Of a stretch of DNA of 64,000 bases, positions 40,038 to 53,690 are shown piece after piece (position 1 is the stretch's first letter; each line of letters opens with the position of its first letter). Both the position numbers and the translations under genes were made by a program. Below the pieces are notes generated by a model, which worked only from the letters and a program-made list of their open reading frames with translations, did not search any database and was not told the DNA's origin. The DNA lies in contig OX597831.1 in NCBI GenBank assembly GCA_951406725.2, positions 50,344,001-50,408,000 on the forward strand. Reading direction: 5' to 3'. This stretch comes from Octopus vulgaris. Taxonomy: Eukaryota.

Positions 40038-40574
40038 TAATAATAATCATAATAATAAGTGGCTCTCATGGCTTCTGATCTTAACTGATTGGAAGTGTTA
40101 TCGTGTACATTGTTTTGTCTTGGTATAAAAGATGGGCTACAGCAAATATTCTGCTCAATACCACAGATTTGCTTGTCAGTTGTTTGACCTTCAGTTGAGC
40201 ATGTCCCTTAGTGGCTGACGATATGTGCATCTCTGATCACGAGCAGAAGTAGTGGGGGAGCATCATAGCCATGTGTTGAGAGGGATTCTTTGGGGTTTGA
40301 ATAATTCACCTCTGGAAACATGGGTGGTTCTTTCAACATCCTTAAACAAACCTTATTCAGGGACCTTTTGAGCGGGATGGACTACCCAACCTGAAGAAAA
40401 TTCTAACTGGGCCCCACCTGCAAGGTCATGTACTGTTTATCTTGATATGAGATCACCATGCGTGCACATATGGTTGTGATGCATGTGCCTGGTGTACCCT
40501 TATCAGACGGGTATATTGGGCTTCGTATATTTTACCCCAGCGTCACTTTGATGGCATGAACTGCTCTCTCACTC
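40038..40574 (+). repeat. ~540-bp interspersed repeat with (AAT)n on both sides (SINE-like or LINE 3' fragment)
   Basis: Second partial copy at 5981-6291. Followed by (AAT)n at 40575-40626. No ORF recognised. Confidence 0.65.
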
Positions 40575-40626
<52 letters not shown>

Positions 40627-43600
40627 GGACGTACCCCACAACCGGAATATTCCAACAGATGGCCATCCATGCTCATCACCAAATAATCAAAAGAAAAAGA
40701 AGGAAAAATGGTCTAGGGAAGATAATAAAGAAGTTCTTGAGGCCTTCTACCATGCCATATATTTCCCCACAGATAAGTCTAGCACTGTACAAGCATACTT
40801 AAACTGGAGACAGAAACACCCTGAAGTAAGACCCTACATAGACAGTAACAAGCTTGCCAATGTTAGAAGAAACATTATAAAAAAGAAATTACTGACTGAG
40901 GTAGAGATTGATCAGGTTAGACAAGCAATATCGGATAAAATGAACGAAGCTGCAGCTAGAGAAGATAATACAGAGGAAATGATTATAGACCAGCCCAGGG
41001 CGGATAAAAACGAAGAGAGGATTGAAAGAGTTAGTATAAGTGATAGGCAAAGTGAAATACTCCCTGAACCAATCATAAACACTAAGACAGATGAGCATCA
41101 AATAGATAAAGAAAGTCACACAAATATTGACCCAACAGAACTACATGAGCTAAAAAATCAAATCATGATTGAATGGCTGAAAATTAAAGAAACCAGCATG
41201 GATGAGCGTGATACACTTCCTAAAATCCGCAACTCTAACCAAAACATGAAAATAATTGGTAAAATCCGGCTTGCACTTAAGGATATAATTTCAGTTAATG
41301 ATGTTGATATCACAAACCTCAACCACCTATACTATGCATCCGCGAAAATCTCAACGATCCTATGTGGTGTAAAGATTAGAAACGGCAACAGTCCCACAAA
41401 AAGCCTCCTTGGCAAGAGCGTCTGCAACAACAAATTAAAATATTTAGATCTGACATTGAATATTTGAAAAACCTTAAGGCTCACAAAACTACCAAACCTA
41501 CAAAAACCCAAAAATTACTGAAAAAATACAATATGAAAACTATACTTGATATTGATGCCACCATAGAAACCATCAAACAAAAGGTATCTGCCAAAGCTGC
41601 CCGCATAGCGAGGTATGAAAAGCGTGTTAGATTTTTCAAGGACAACAACATGTTCAAAAATAACACCAAGAATTTTTACAGGAAGATAGGAAAAACAGCG
41701 TTTACTGCAGGGTCTGTACCATCAAAAGAAGAAGTGCAGAGATTTTGGAATAAAATCTGGGCAGAAGAAAAAACACACAACGAAAAGGCCCCCTGGATTG
41801 ACAGAATATCTACAGAACTGGACCCCTTAGAAGAGCAAAAGTGGGAGGGTGTCAAGGTAGAAGATATAAGATCTGCTCTCAGGAGGTCAAGCAAATGGAA
41901 GTCTCCAGGAAAGGATAAAATTCCTAACTTCTGGCTGAATGCCTTCCCAGAGAGCCATGAACTGCTAACAGAACTGTACAATGATGTTTTGCAACACCCT
42001 AGTAGGATGCCTCCTTGGCTAGTTAATGGGTTAACATTCCTGCTTCCAAAAAGTGAAGAAACAAATGAACCAAAAAACTATAGACCCATAACCTGCTTAA
42101 CAACTATGTACAAAACACTAACATCTGTCCTGACAGAATATACCTGTAGTTTTTTAACAGACAGCAGCATATTCCCTAATGAACAGAAACGATGTAAACG
42201 TGGATCCTACGGCTGTAAAGACCAACTACTCATCAATAAGATGATCTTAGAAGATTGTCACAAACTACACAAAAACTTATCAATAGCCTGGATAGACTAT
42301 AAAAAAGCTTTTGATAGCCTACCACATAGCTGGATTAGGAAATGCCTTGAAATGTATAAGATAGCATCAACTCTGCGAAACTTCTTGACTGTAAGTATGA
42401 GATCATGGAGAACCACACTAACTCTGAACAGTGACAGTGAATCCCTAAATGCTGGTGATGTAAAAATTCCGTGTGGCATTTTCCAGGGTGACTCACTGTC
42501 ACCACTCCTCTTTTGTTTATCGTTAATACCTCTCTCAAAGCTGCTCGATGACGCGCAGTACGGGTATAAAATGTTTGATAAAAATATAAATCATCTCGTT
42601 TACATGGATGATTTAAAGCTTTTTGCAAAAAATGATCAACAACTCAAGGGCTTACTAGCGATAGTCAAACAATTCAGTGACGACATCAGAATGCAATTCG
42701 GCCTCGATAAATGTGCAAAGGCTACCTTTATCAAAGGAAAAATGACAGAAACATCTAACGTTAACCTTGACCAACAGAATGTCATAAAAGAACTAGACCC
42801 AGCGGAGAGCTACAAGTACCTAGGGGTAATTGAAGGGAACGGAATAAGGCATTCAGAGATGAAGGAAAGGATCAGGAGAGAATGCTATCGAAGAGTGAGA
42901 GCAATACTCAAGACAGAGCTGAATGCAAGAAACAGGATCGAAGCGATCAATGCATTAGCTATACCAGTCGTGACTTACAGTTTCAATATTGTTAACTGGT
43001 CAATTACTGAAATATGTCAGCTCGACAGAAAAATAAGGAAACTGTTGACAATGCATAGAATGCACCACCCTAAGGCAGATACAGAACGACTCTATCTGCC
43101 AAGAAAAGAGGGAGGCCGTGGTCTTTTGCAACTGGCAATAACAATGAAGATTGCTACAATTGGCCTAGACACCTACCTGAAAAACTCTGCGGACTGGATG
43201 TTAAAACTTGTCTCAAAACATGAAAACAAGAAAGCACCATACTCAGTCACAAAACAAGCAAATGAATATCTAAGTGAATTCCGAATACAACCAATTTCGG
43301 AATTAGAGATAGATATACAAGAAACAAGCACAGAAAAAGCTAGGCGCATGAAAACCCGTGCCAAAACTGCGGCCTTAGATATTCTGAATAATAAATGGTA
43401 AGAAAAACCTCTCTATGGCAAATACCCTACCCAAAGAGAGCGAATAATGCAGATATCGACAAAGCCCTGACCCATCAATGGCTAATGGCCTCTGGCTTAA
43501 AATCTGAAACAGAGGGGTTTATCATAGCAGCTCAAGATCAATGCCTACCAACAAGAAACTACCAGGCCAACATATTAAAGATCAGAAGCAGTCCAACGTG

Positions 43601-44371
43601 TCGTGTATGCAAGCAACAAAATGAAACCTTGACCATGTGGTCTCCAAGTGCAGTCTCCTAGCGCCTACAGAGTATCTCAACAGGCACGATAGAGCTGCAC
43701 AATATATTCACTGGGTAATCTGTAAAAACCTGGATTTGCCCCATGAAAAAAACTGGTGGGAACACAAACCACCCCCAGTGCTTGAAAATGACCACATCTC
43801 ACTCCTCTGGAACTTCACCATTCAAACTGAGAGGAAGATAGATGCAAATAGGCCAGACATCATATTGAAAGACTTCAAACAAAGAACATGCCTCCTCATT
43901 GATATGACTGTTCCAATCGATATATACGTATCTGTCAAGACCTACTAAAAACTGAGCAAATATAAAGATCTTGAAATAGAAATCAGCAAAATGTGGAAGC
44001 TGAAGACTAAAACAATACCTGTTGTCATAGGTGCCCTGGGAATGATAGCAAAAGGGCTGATAGCTACCTAACTCAGATACCAGGAAACCCAAAAATGGCA
44101 AAAGTTCAAAAGATAGTGCTCATGGGAACTGCTCATATCCTACGCAAAATACTCTCTATGTAATCTCAAGGTTTAAAACAAACATAATTTTCGGTTTAAA
44201 AAAAAAAAAAAAATTTTTTTTTAGACATTCATTAGTACAACATCCCCACCCCCCAAATATATGGCACACTAGGCATAACAACAACATGAACTTCCAACCC
44301 TGTTGTCTCTTGAGGTCTCTGGGTGAGACTTGGAGCCAACTTGTACAAATATAAAGCAAAAGTCAAACATA

Positions 44372-44372
<1 letters not shown>
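40627..44372 (+). mobile_element. Near-complete Dong/R4-clade non-LTR retrotransposon with a few frameshifts/stops, flanked by (AAT)n
   Basis: N-terminal 'KWSREDNKEVLEAFY', RT (41464-43401), CCHC 'CRVCKQQNETL(DHVVSKC)', 'YLNRHD', restriction-like endonuclease 'RPDIIL..LIDMTVP..K..KY'. (AAT)n at 40575-40626 and 44373-44408. Confidence 0.9.
41464..43401 (+). pseudogene. Reverse transcriptase domain of the Dong/R4-like LINE
   Basis: 'WKSPGKDKIPNFWL', 'NYRPITCL', 'WIDYKKAFDSLPHSW', 'GIFQGDSLSPLLF', 'HLVYMDDLKLFA', 'FGLDKCA', 'YKYLG'. Confidence 0.9.
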
Positions 44373-44409
<37 letters not shown>

Positions 44410-45944
44410 TTAATAAGAATAATATTAATAAGAACAATAAGAATAAGAATAGCAATGTTAGTGATTGTGTTAATTCGAGAGGTAAAAAGAAATCTATACC
44501 TATTATTCGAATGGGTGACCCGTCTAACAAAAACCACCATATCAATAAGAAACACAATAACATAATTTAGATATTTCCTTTTGCTAAACATTTGAAGTCT
44601 AATTTTATAAAGTCTATTCGTTTTATTATTAACTAAAATTTTAGTAAATCTAGCTATGCTGGAATATTCAATAACAGAATGATTAGATTTGGCTTTCCTG
44701 CTTCTCCTAACTTATTTAGGATTATGACTTCCTTTAACAATAGAAATCTAAATATTTACTACAAGAATTTTACCTCCTCTACTTCTTATACCAACCCTAA
44801 TTATTCAAATAACTCTGTATCTTCTACCAACGATTCCCATAGTCACACAAACTCTTCTTCTATCAACAAATGTACACATAACAATAGTATGTCTAATATT
44901 AGTAACAACTGAGACTGTAGAAGCCCAAAAACCTGTGAGGTTAAAGGTAATTGTAAAATGAAAAATGTTGTATATAAAGCTACTATTACAATACATGATC
45001 TTTCTGGGTTTCATTATATAGGTTGCACGCAGAACCCTCTTAAATTACGTTTGAATAATCATGAATCATCTTTCAATGATCCTCGAAAAGAAAGTAGTAC
45101 TAGTTTATCCAAAAAGGTATGGCAACTTAAAAGGGACAACATAATTTTCTCAATTTCTTGAAATATTGTTTCTTCTGCCCCCTCTTATAGGATTAGAAAT
45201 AGAACGTGCTTTTATGACTTGAAGAATCTTATATAATTATGAAAACGAACGGTTCTATCTTAAATTCGAGAGATAAAAGTGTTTTGTAAACATATGTTCA
45301 AATTTATTTTTGTTAACGTTAAATAGTCTTATTGATTACCTCTTTTTCATTTTCCTATTAGTTCTTATTACACTCTTAGGTTATGTCTATAAAAGGTTTT
45401 TCTCAGTGTGTGCATGTATGCATGTGTGCCTTTGTGAGCATGTTTATGCAACTGTTCTCATGTTTTTATATGTATATGTATGTCTATATGTGCAGTAAAC
45501 TATAACATAAAAATAAGAATAAAAATCTAACGGATATGTTTTAGAAAATGGCAACAGGTCGCGGTTATGTATAATGTAAACAGGACCACGTATGCATAGT
45601 AGAATATAACGTAATAGGTATGCTATATGTGCATATAAAAGCATACATACACATAAAAATACACACACATATATATATACATATGTATATATATGCAAAT
45701 ACATATACATACACACATATACATATAGAGACACACATACACATACATATATAGATATACATGAATATAAAATGATAATTGAAATGTCTGTCTGTTTTCT
45801 CTTTCGTGCTATTTTTCCCTTTTACATCTTCCTTGTAAATATCCGATTTTCCCTATTAACGCTTTTGTATTCTCCATTATTGTATTTTATTTTAATTTAA
45901 TTTATTTTATTAAACCTTTGTTTCATGTCTTTTCAAAAATCTTC

Positions 45945-46015
45945 ACACTGATGAGAATGGCAATGCATAATTTTTTTCTTATATATTTTTATTGTCCTTT
46001 GAAATGCGCGTATGT
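45945..46015 (+). ncRNA. Minimal type I hammerhead ribozyme (canonical core) in the PLE-B 3' region
   Basis: ACA CUGAUGA (45948-54), stem II GAA..GGCAAU/AUUGUC.UUU, GAAA (46001-04), U[GCGC]G, UA, UGU. Predicted cleavage after GUA at 46012, followed by AATAAA. Confidence 0.75.
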
Positions 46016-46143
46016 AATAAATCCAAAGTTGTATTAAATCGAATTTTGATGCAACATCTTTTTCTCCTGCATTTGTATATAATTGTTTATGGTATATTTA
46101 TACCTATAACGATATTTTCAACATGTACATATATACATATGTA

Positions 46144-46188
<45 letters not shown>

Positions 46189-46196
46189 ATATAAAG

Positions 46197-46233
<37 letters not shown>

Positions 46234-46271
46234 AATACAAACATATATATACATATATATATATATACATG

Positions 46272-46325
<54 letters not shown>

Positions 46326-46346
46326 CATACATACATATATATATAT

Positions 46347-46392
<46 letters not shown>

Positions 46393-46566
46393 TAAATATT
46401 AGGGAATAAATCCAAATTTACAGGGAAAAAATCAGATTTAGGATTAAATCCAATTTTATAGTAAAATATTATAAAATATTATTAGAGACAAAACCACTAT
46501 TTTGCAAAACAAACAAGGAAAGACTTAATCAATACATAAAATTTTAATAAATAGTCAAAAAAACCG

Positions 46567-46609
46567 CCACTACAATCGTTTCTTGTCTTGATCGACAAAC
46601 TTCAGGTGG
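46567..46609 (-). ncRNA. Minimal type I hammerhead-like motif (U at position 9)
   Basis: Minus strand: CCAC CUGAAGU UUGUC[GAUCAA]GACAA GAAA C[GAUU]G UA GUGG. All three stems pair. Confidence 0.65.
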
Positions 46610-47034
46610 ACTTCAATCTAAAATATCAATATTTTAAAATATACAAATAATAATTTTAAAATAATTAAAGTATGAATGAAAAAATATAAATATATAATCC
46701 ATATATAACCTATATATAATCCATATATAATCAATATATAAACAATATATAAACTAAAATAAACCTATCAACAATTAAATATAAAATATAAAATATAAAA
46801 TATAAAATATAAAACAAAACAAAAAAATAATAATAATATAATAATAAACTATATATACACCCATACACATATACCTAATTATATATAACCATATCTAACT
46901 ACATACACTAAACCACACACCTATATATATATCCCTATACATACACATAAAAACGTCTAGGCAACTATAAATAAATAAAATAGCTAAATACTTCAACTCA
47001 ATACTTATTCATACTCCCACACACACACACATAC

Positions 47035-47290
47035 AACCCACATTCACGCTCTAGAAAACGGACATCACTCAAAATTATGAACGGAGAAATGGAATAAATG
47101 GAATTAAAAATTATATTCACTTGGTAAAACGAACACTACTTAAAAATTATGAATGAAACAATGCAATAAAACAACAGACATCGCAAATATACACAAATTA
47201 CTACGAATTCCTTAACAAACCTACCATGATAAACCAAAACTCACAAAAACATATAATGATAAAATCTCCCTTTACTAAACTTTATAACAT
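47035..47290 (+). mobile_element. Possible PLE GIY-YIG C-terminal remnant
   Basis: 'IHALENGH...TLLKNYE*NNA...INQ...SP' resembles PLE endonuclease tails; strongly decayed. Confidence 0.35.
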
Positions 47291-48262
47291 ACCTATATAG
47301 CAATCCCCCTAACCTAAACATTCACACACAAATACACACACGTAAACTACACACCCACGACATATACAAATACCCACACCACTTACACATACGAATACAT
47401 ACATATAAATATACGTAAGTAGGTAGCCGCATGAGTATGCATATAAATATTTATATGTGTATATAGAAAGAGTACGCATGTGTACACATACATTTCTATT
47501 AACATATATTCTTTCACCCATTCTAAAGGTGCATTTATACATATATGTACGCATACACAAATTCATATATATCGTTTGTCGGGTACCTATCAGACGAGAA
47601 AATTAATGCATGAACTCATAGTTAAGACGGGAAGAAACAATCAATATTATATATAATTTTTCACTCAAATTCGGTTTGAAAAATCGTTTATTATGGTAGT
47701 GCTTTCTATTACAGGCACAAGAGCTGACATTTTGAAGGGGAAGTCCGCCCGATTACATAGAACCCTGGGTTCAACTCTAACTTATTTCATTGAATCCCTA
47801 ATGATAAAAGGCAAGTTCAACTTTGATGCCATTGAAACTCAAGGTAAAACTGGAAGGAATTTCACTAATCGTTTAGTACAACGTATTAACTTTTCCGCCA
47901 GTTCGCCAAGCTTATACCGATTATTGTAATCATGTTAAGTTCAGAGAAAAAGATTTCTGTGTAAAAGGTAACTTACATAAATACACAGTTAAGCACGGTG
48001 TTTATGACAACAGATATGTTATGGAACAAAATATATTGTAGTTAAGACAAAGAGTTAGGAAAATTGGTTCGTTATAACAGGATATCCGGACATTGCAATT
48101 AGTAAAACATTGACATCATTAGAGTGAAAGAATAGGTGCAAGCTAAATACCATCATATTTAAGATGAACAGTGGTTAATATCACTGATTACTTTATAGTT
48201 ATAATCTTATATAGACATAATGGTAATTGTTTTCATTCTAAGTACAATTTGCTCAGAGGTAC

Positions 48263-48415
<153 letters not shown>

Positions 48416-49069
48416 AGTGTGTCAAGTTTTAAGAAGTGTTGACAGTTAAATGGCTATAAATGTATACTCTACAAATTTATCCACTCCTCTGCACTTGAAT
48501 GTAAAATTGTTTTTATTCTACCTTAACAGGAAAACATATAGAGATATATACATAAATATGGATGGATGGATGGTTGGAAATACTATATAAATATGTCTAT
48601 ATATATATTTTTATGTATATATTCAGACATTTGTTTGCATATATGTGTATATGCATATAGTTAAGGTAACAGAGATGCTTGATGGGGTGTATTTTCATTT
48701 GTGTACGTATGTCTTTGTATTGAGTACTACATATATGTTTGTGTGCATCTTTGTGAATATACCGTTTTGGAATGTATGTGGTGTCGACTTTTCCTTTCGT
48801 TATCGAAAAATTTGAAAAAGTTTGTGTATCCTATTGGCATTATAATGAACAAAAATTGTATTTGTTCAAACCTCTGTTGATCAGGTTGACTTTATTATTT
48901 TATTACAAGTTTTTATGACCTAAGGCAATTTAAGTTATATATAGGCAAACTAAAAATTTTAGTATTATTTATATAAGTCGTTTGTTTCATAAATATCCTT
49001 TAAAATCATTTGTGTTTGAAAATATCGTCTTTGAGTAATAGTTTTTTTATTATAACACAATTATCCAAA

Positions 49070-49350
49070 GCTTAACCGTGGTTCATATTTTTAAATAAAA
49101 TGTTCTATCCATTCATTTGTTCATTATCTGTTCTTGAATCTGAGCCTTTATAATTTGGAAATAATTTTATGTTAGTTACATTCGTTTCTACACACACTGC
49201 TACAGTTTCTCTAAGTGTAATTTGGTGGTGTTCTGGTAACAGATTTACTGTCTTGATGCCGACATTCATTTACGTAGTGATAATTTAGTTTGACCGATGT
49301 AGTTTTTCTGGCACACAACATGATATTACATGGATGAAATTATTAGTTTT
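49070..49350 (-). mobile_element. PLE GIY-YIG remnant
   Basis: Minus strand 'NFIHVISC..CQKNYIGQTKLSLRK*M...EHFI*KYEPRL'. Confidence 0.6.
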
Positions 49351-49777
49351 AAGTATAGCTCTCTTTCCTGTCAAGCGCGCATATATTTTATGTGTGAGTG
49401 TGTGTAATACAAATAAACATTTTCATAAATCCACCCATACGCACTCAAACACACATGCACGCATGCACACGAACACACATATAAGTTAAATATGTAACGT
49501 GCTATACAATACACCGTGTAATATACAATAATTACTTCATTAATATAATAGTGGATATACAGTATAACAGGGACAATTAATTACATAGCTGCTTCACGTC
49601 GCATGGATTATGTTTAATAGCTGAATGATGAAGAATATTTATGTATTCCTTCGGTGAATCTTATCAGAATGCTATACGTGAAGGAGCGATTGAGTTAATT
49701 GCCAATATATTTCAATAATCACAACTCATTATAAATACAAGCATGCATACACTCACATATGTGTAGATAGATATACG

Positions 49778-49824
<47 letters not shown>

Positions 49825-50199
49825 TATTAGAGACAAAATATATATATGGAAAATAAGACAATTTAGAAATGCTAATATAATTTTATCGTGAAGAGCATTT
49901 TAGAAGCAGTTTCAATCTTTGCAACTTTTTCAACTTAGAGGAAAACATGAAAAGCAATTAAATTGGGGAAAAATTAGATGAAATGTTTATTTTCTAAAAC
50001 AACGCCATAGTTTCAAATAGGTGGGACATTTTCCTTTCTCTCTCTCTCTCTCTTTCTCTCTCGCATACTTTTGTGAAATCTCAGTAGCTAGTTAGTAGCA
50101 GATTTGAAGAAATATGTAATATGAGAGATGCTGGTTCTGGATTTCGATTGTTTAAGCAGCATTATCCCCATCCAAGAACCCGTAACATAAATCAAAATT

Positions 50200-52710
50200 A
50201 CAGGGCACTCCACAACAACAGGGAACAACTACATAACAGATACCATCCCAATCACCTCAATAATTTTTTTAGACCCATTACGCAAATACAGTGATACCAG
50301 ATAGCACCAGATATACAGGATAAATCAAAAGTCATCATTCTAACATACAAAGAACTGACACTGAACCAAATCAACATACACTCCAAAGGGTCATTCACTC
50401 GCGTAAATTGTTTTTGGTTTGGCCTATGTGTTGCTCTCAATATCCGGAGCAAGTTAACACATATTAGGCTTTCCGTTGGCCTTGTTTGAAAGAGAACTCC
50501 GATCCCTCAATTAGCTCGACACATATACCACAGTTAGGTTTTCCGCAAGTACACACGTCAACCCACCCCAACGCCCCATCTACAACGAAATGAAAGAAGA
50601 CGTTGTGGAAGTCTGTAGAAAATTACGCCTCACCGAGGAACTATACGACAAATACGAGTACGAATCGTTAGCCCGAATTAGAAGTAACTACAGCAGTTCA
50701 AAAGGTAAGAACACATTTCTTGACTATTTTTTTGAACACCTCACGAATTACCCATGTCAACACATGCACAAATAAAAACACAAACCAAACTTCGGCAAAA
50801 GAAGACTGGACTGAGCCGAAGAGATTAAAGGATGATAAAACTATAACAACCAAAGAGACTGATAAAGGTCGTGCAGTTGTCCTAAGGGACACAGTATACT
50901 GTGTAACTCTAGTACTCTCCATATTCGAAGATACAACGTATTACGATAAGATGCAACACTACAGTCAGCAGAAAATAATGAAAAACCTAAAGACTATGTT
51001 AAACCTATACAGAGAAGAGCTCGCCGACAAAGAATACGACTATATGATTAACTTCAAAAGTAAATCCAATCAATTCTACGGTATTCCCAAGATACACAAA
51101 AGTGAGAAAATAAGTAACGCATGCGGGTGAGCCATAGATATAATAACATAATAGTCAAGGTACCTACTCCTAATGAAGTCAAATTAAGACGTATAATTAT
51201 AGGTCCCGCGTGCAAAACCCACCACCTCAGTAACGTTTTAGATACTCTCTTAAAACCATTTCTCAGACATATCAAAAGCTACAATAGGGACGACTTAGAT
51301 ATGCTCAATCACCTCCACGAAACAATGAATAAAACACCCTACTAGTATCCATCGATGTAGTCAAACTCTATTCTAATATCCTGCAGAGCGTAGGAATAGA
51401 GACAATCTAATTCTGGTTAGAGAATTACTCCAACGAACTCCCACACCGCATCAAAAAAGAATTCGTAATAGCAGAGATAATTTTCATCATGGAGTATAAC
51501 TTCTTCGTCTTCAAAGACAACTTCTATCGACAAAAATTGGGGCCTGCGACGGGTACGAGAATGGCCGCTTTTGCTAACCTAGTCATGGGATATGTAGAAA
51601 TCAGTCTTTATCGTAAGGTACTAGAAAAATACGGCAACCCATTCTTTCTCTACATAGAGAATAACTGGAAGTAGTACCTGGATAACTGCTTCAAACTTTG
51701 CCATGAAAGTATGGAGAGACATAAAGTATTTCAAACACTTTTAAACGGACTTGACATAAAAATTCAATTTAAGATAGAATATAGCCATCAACTTCCATTC
51801 CTCGACATCCTTAATAAGAAATCCAGTAACAAGATAAAAACAGACATATACTATAAGCCAATGGACTCCACACAATAGCCACCATTAAACTCATCCTACC
51901 CCAGACACACTAGAACGAATATCTCCTTCAACCTAGCAACAAGGTTTGTACTATAGTTCCTAATACAAGAACCAGGGACACACGACTACATGAACTAAAG
52001 GATACACTCATCAACAGGAACTACCCACCATCACTACCTGATATAGGCTTTCAACGTGCCCTACATATCAACATCCACGAACTCAGAGATCCCAATCTAA
52101 AGAAGGATTTACAACCAAAAGCCCAACTATACATCACACACAACCCCCTTAATAATAAAACATTCGCCTCCATCCTCAAGAACATTCCTTTACTAAAATG
52201 TGTCCACAGAATGAATCTAATCCTCCAGACGCACACTATCATAAACAGCAAAAGACTACTCAAGTTAATGAAAAGTCTTCTGAAACAAGCCCAAGTGTAC
52301 ACGTCAACAACACTAAAACTGTCAGTAAAAAAAATGCGGAAAACCTAACTGTGGTATGTGTCGAACTATTTGAGGGATCGGAGTTCTCCTTCAAACAAGG
52401 CCAACAGAAAGCCTAATATGTGTTAACTTGCTCAGTGTGTCGAGAGCAATACATAAGCCAAGCCAAAAACAATCTACGCGAATGAATGACCCTACATAGA
52501 TCCCAGATTAAAATTCAGGAATACAGAAAAATAGCATTTAGTCAACACACCGACATTTGCGCCACTAACGAACAACCTAACTTAAGAATTTTTCCCCTCT
52601 ATAAATTCAAGGACAATCCAACCTATAATCACCGCATTAGCAAAGAGTCATATTTTATCGCAAAATATAAACCCATTCTACCACAAATGACATTAATGCA
52701 AGGGTCTTAG
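50200..52710 (+). mobile_element. Decayed near-full-length PLE-C (RT + GIY-YIG)
   Basis: 'KETDKGRAVV', 'FYGIPKIHK', 'LVSIDVVKLYSNI', 'NFFVFKDNFYRQKLGPATGTRMA..FANLVMG', 'LPFLDIL', 'KTDIYYKP', 'QYISQAK...MTLHRSQI...ESYFIAKYKPIL'. Many frameshifts. Confidence 0.85.
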
Positions 52711-53609
52711 AATAATACCTATGCTAATATTAAAAACAATATATTCAGAACAGTCACTACCCATGAATTTATTCGGGACAATTCCAATCTCTACTGCTAT
52801 AACCACAACAGGTCAATTTTAGGTCACTTGACCATTTAAGAATAGTCTACGAACAGTCTACTACTGTCATACCTTTGCCCTCTTTTCCTCCTCCTTCTTC
52901 TTCTTCTTCTTCTTCTTCTTCTTCTTCTTCTTCGTCTCCTTTTTCTACTTCTTCTTTTCCTTCCTCTTTATTTTCTTCTTTGCCAGACAGCTACTGTTGC
53001 TTAAGCAATCAAAATCCAGAACCGACATCCAACATATCAAATATTTCTTCAGATCTGCTACTACCTACCTATCGAGCCTTCAAAAATGTAATTATATCGC
53101 AATATTAGCGCTGGTCTCCTTCTCTGTAAAAAGATATTAAAATGTCTCTACTGTTATGTGAAGAAGTGTGACCTGGTGATTAGGTTGTGGTGCTCACAAT
53201 CTTATAGTGATGTATTTGAAATTTAGACAGGGTTACGAGCTGTATCTTTCAAAAAGGCACTTTATTACATGTTGTCCCTGTCGACTCAGCCGAAAGTTCG
53301 CACGAAACTCTCTCCCCCCAACTGCGAAGGATGAAATGTCTTAGCTTGCTTACGACTATATGGGTACTTAAAAGATCCAGCAAAATTATGATATATGCTA
53401 CCAGATTAGTGAGGCTAGAGTTTCTTGGTCTCTTCTTACATGTAAAAGGTAAATGAGGTGAGATACAGTCAACATCGTAAATAAAACATTCTCTCTTTAA
53501 TTGGCGAATAACTAGTTTGTGCAACACATATATATTTTGATGAACGTTTTATAACTCAGTTCATTTTATTTATTATATATAAAAATAAATAATTAAATAT
53601 ATATATATA

Positions 53610-53690
<81 letters not shown>

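Larger units (their letters stand above)
39552..46050 (+). mobile_element. Decayed 5'-truncated PLE-B (thumb, Asn-rich linker, GIY-YIG, 3' UTR, hammerhead), split by a 4.3-kb nested insertion at 40038-44372
   Basis: 39552: 'NEGIFNKDYYNVALRNAGYKYQLKY'. In-frame poly-Asn at ~39976-40037. Resumes after 44373 as 'NNN...NII*IFPFAK...IFNNRMIRFGFPASPNL...CRSPKTCEVKGNCKMKNVVYKATI...YIGCTQNPLKLRLNNHESSF'. Confidence 0.75.

Noticed and set aside
49885-49940. Possible degenerate hammerhead on the minus strand (UUGAAAA...GAAAC)
   Set aside because: Stems I and III cannot be formed convincingly.
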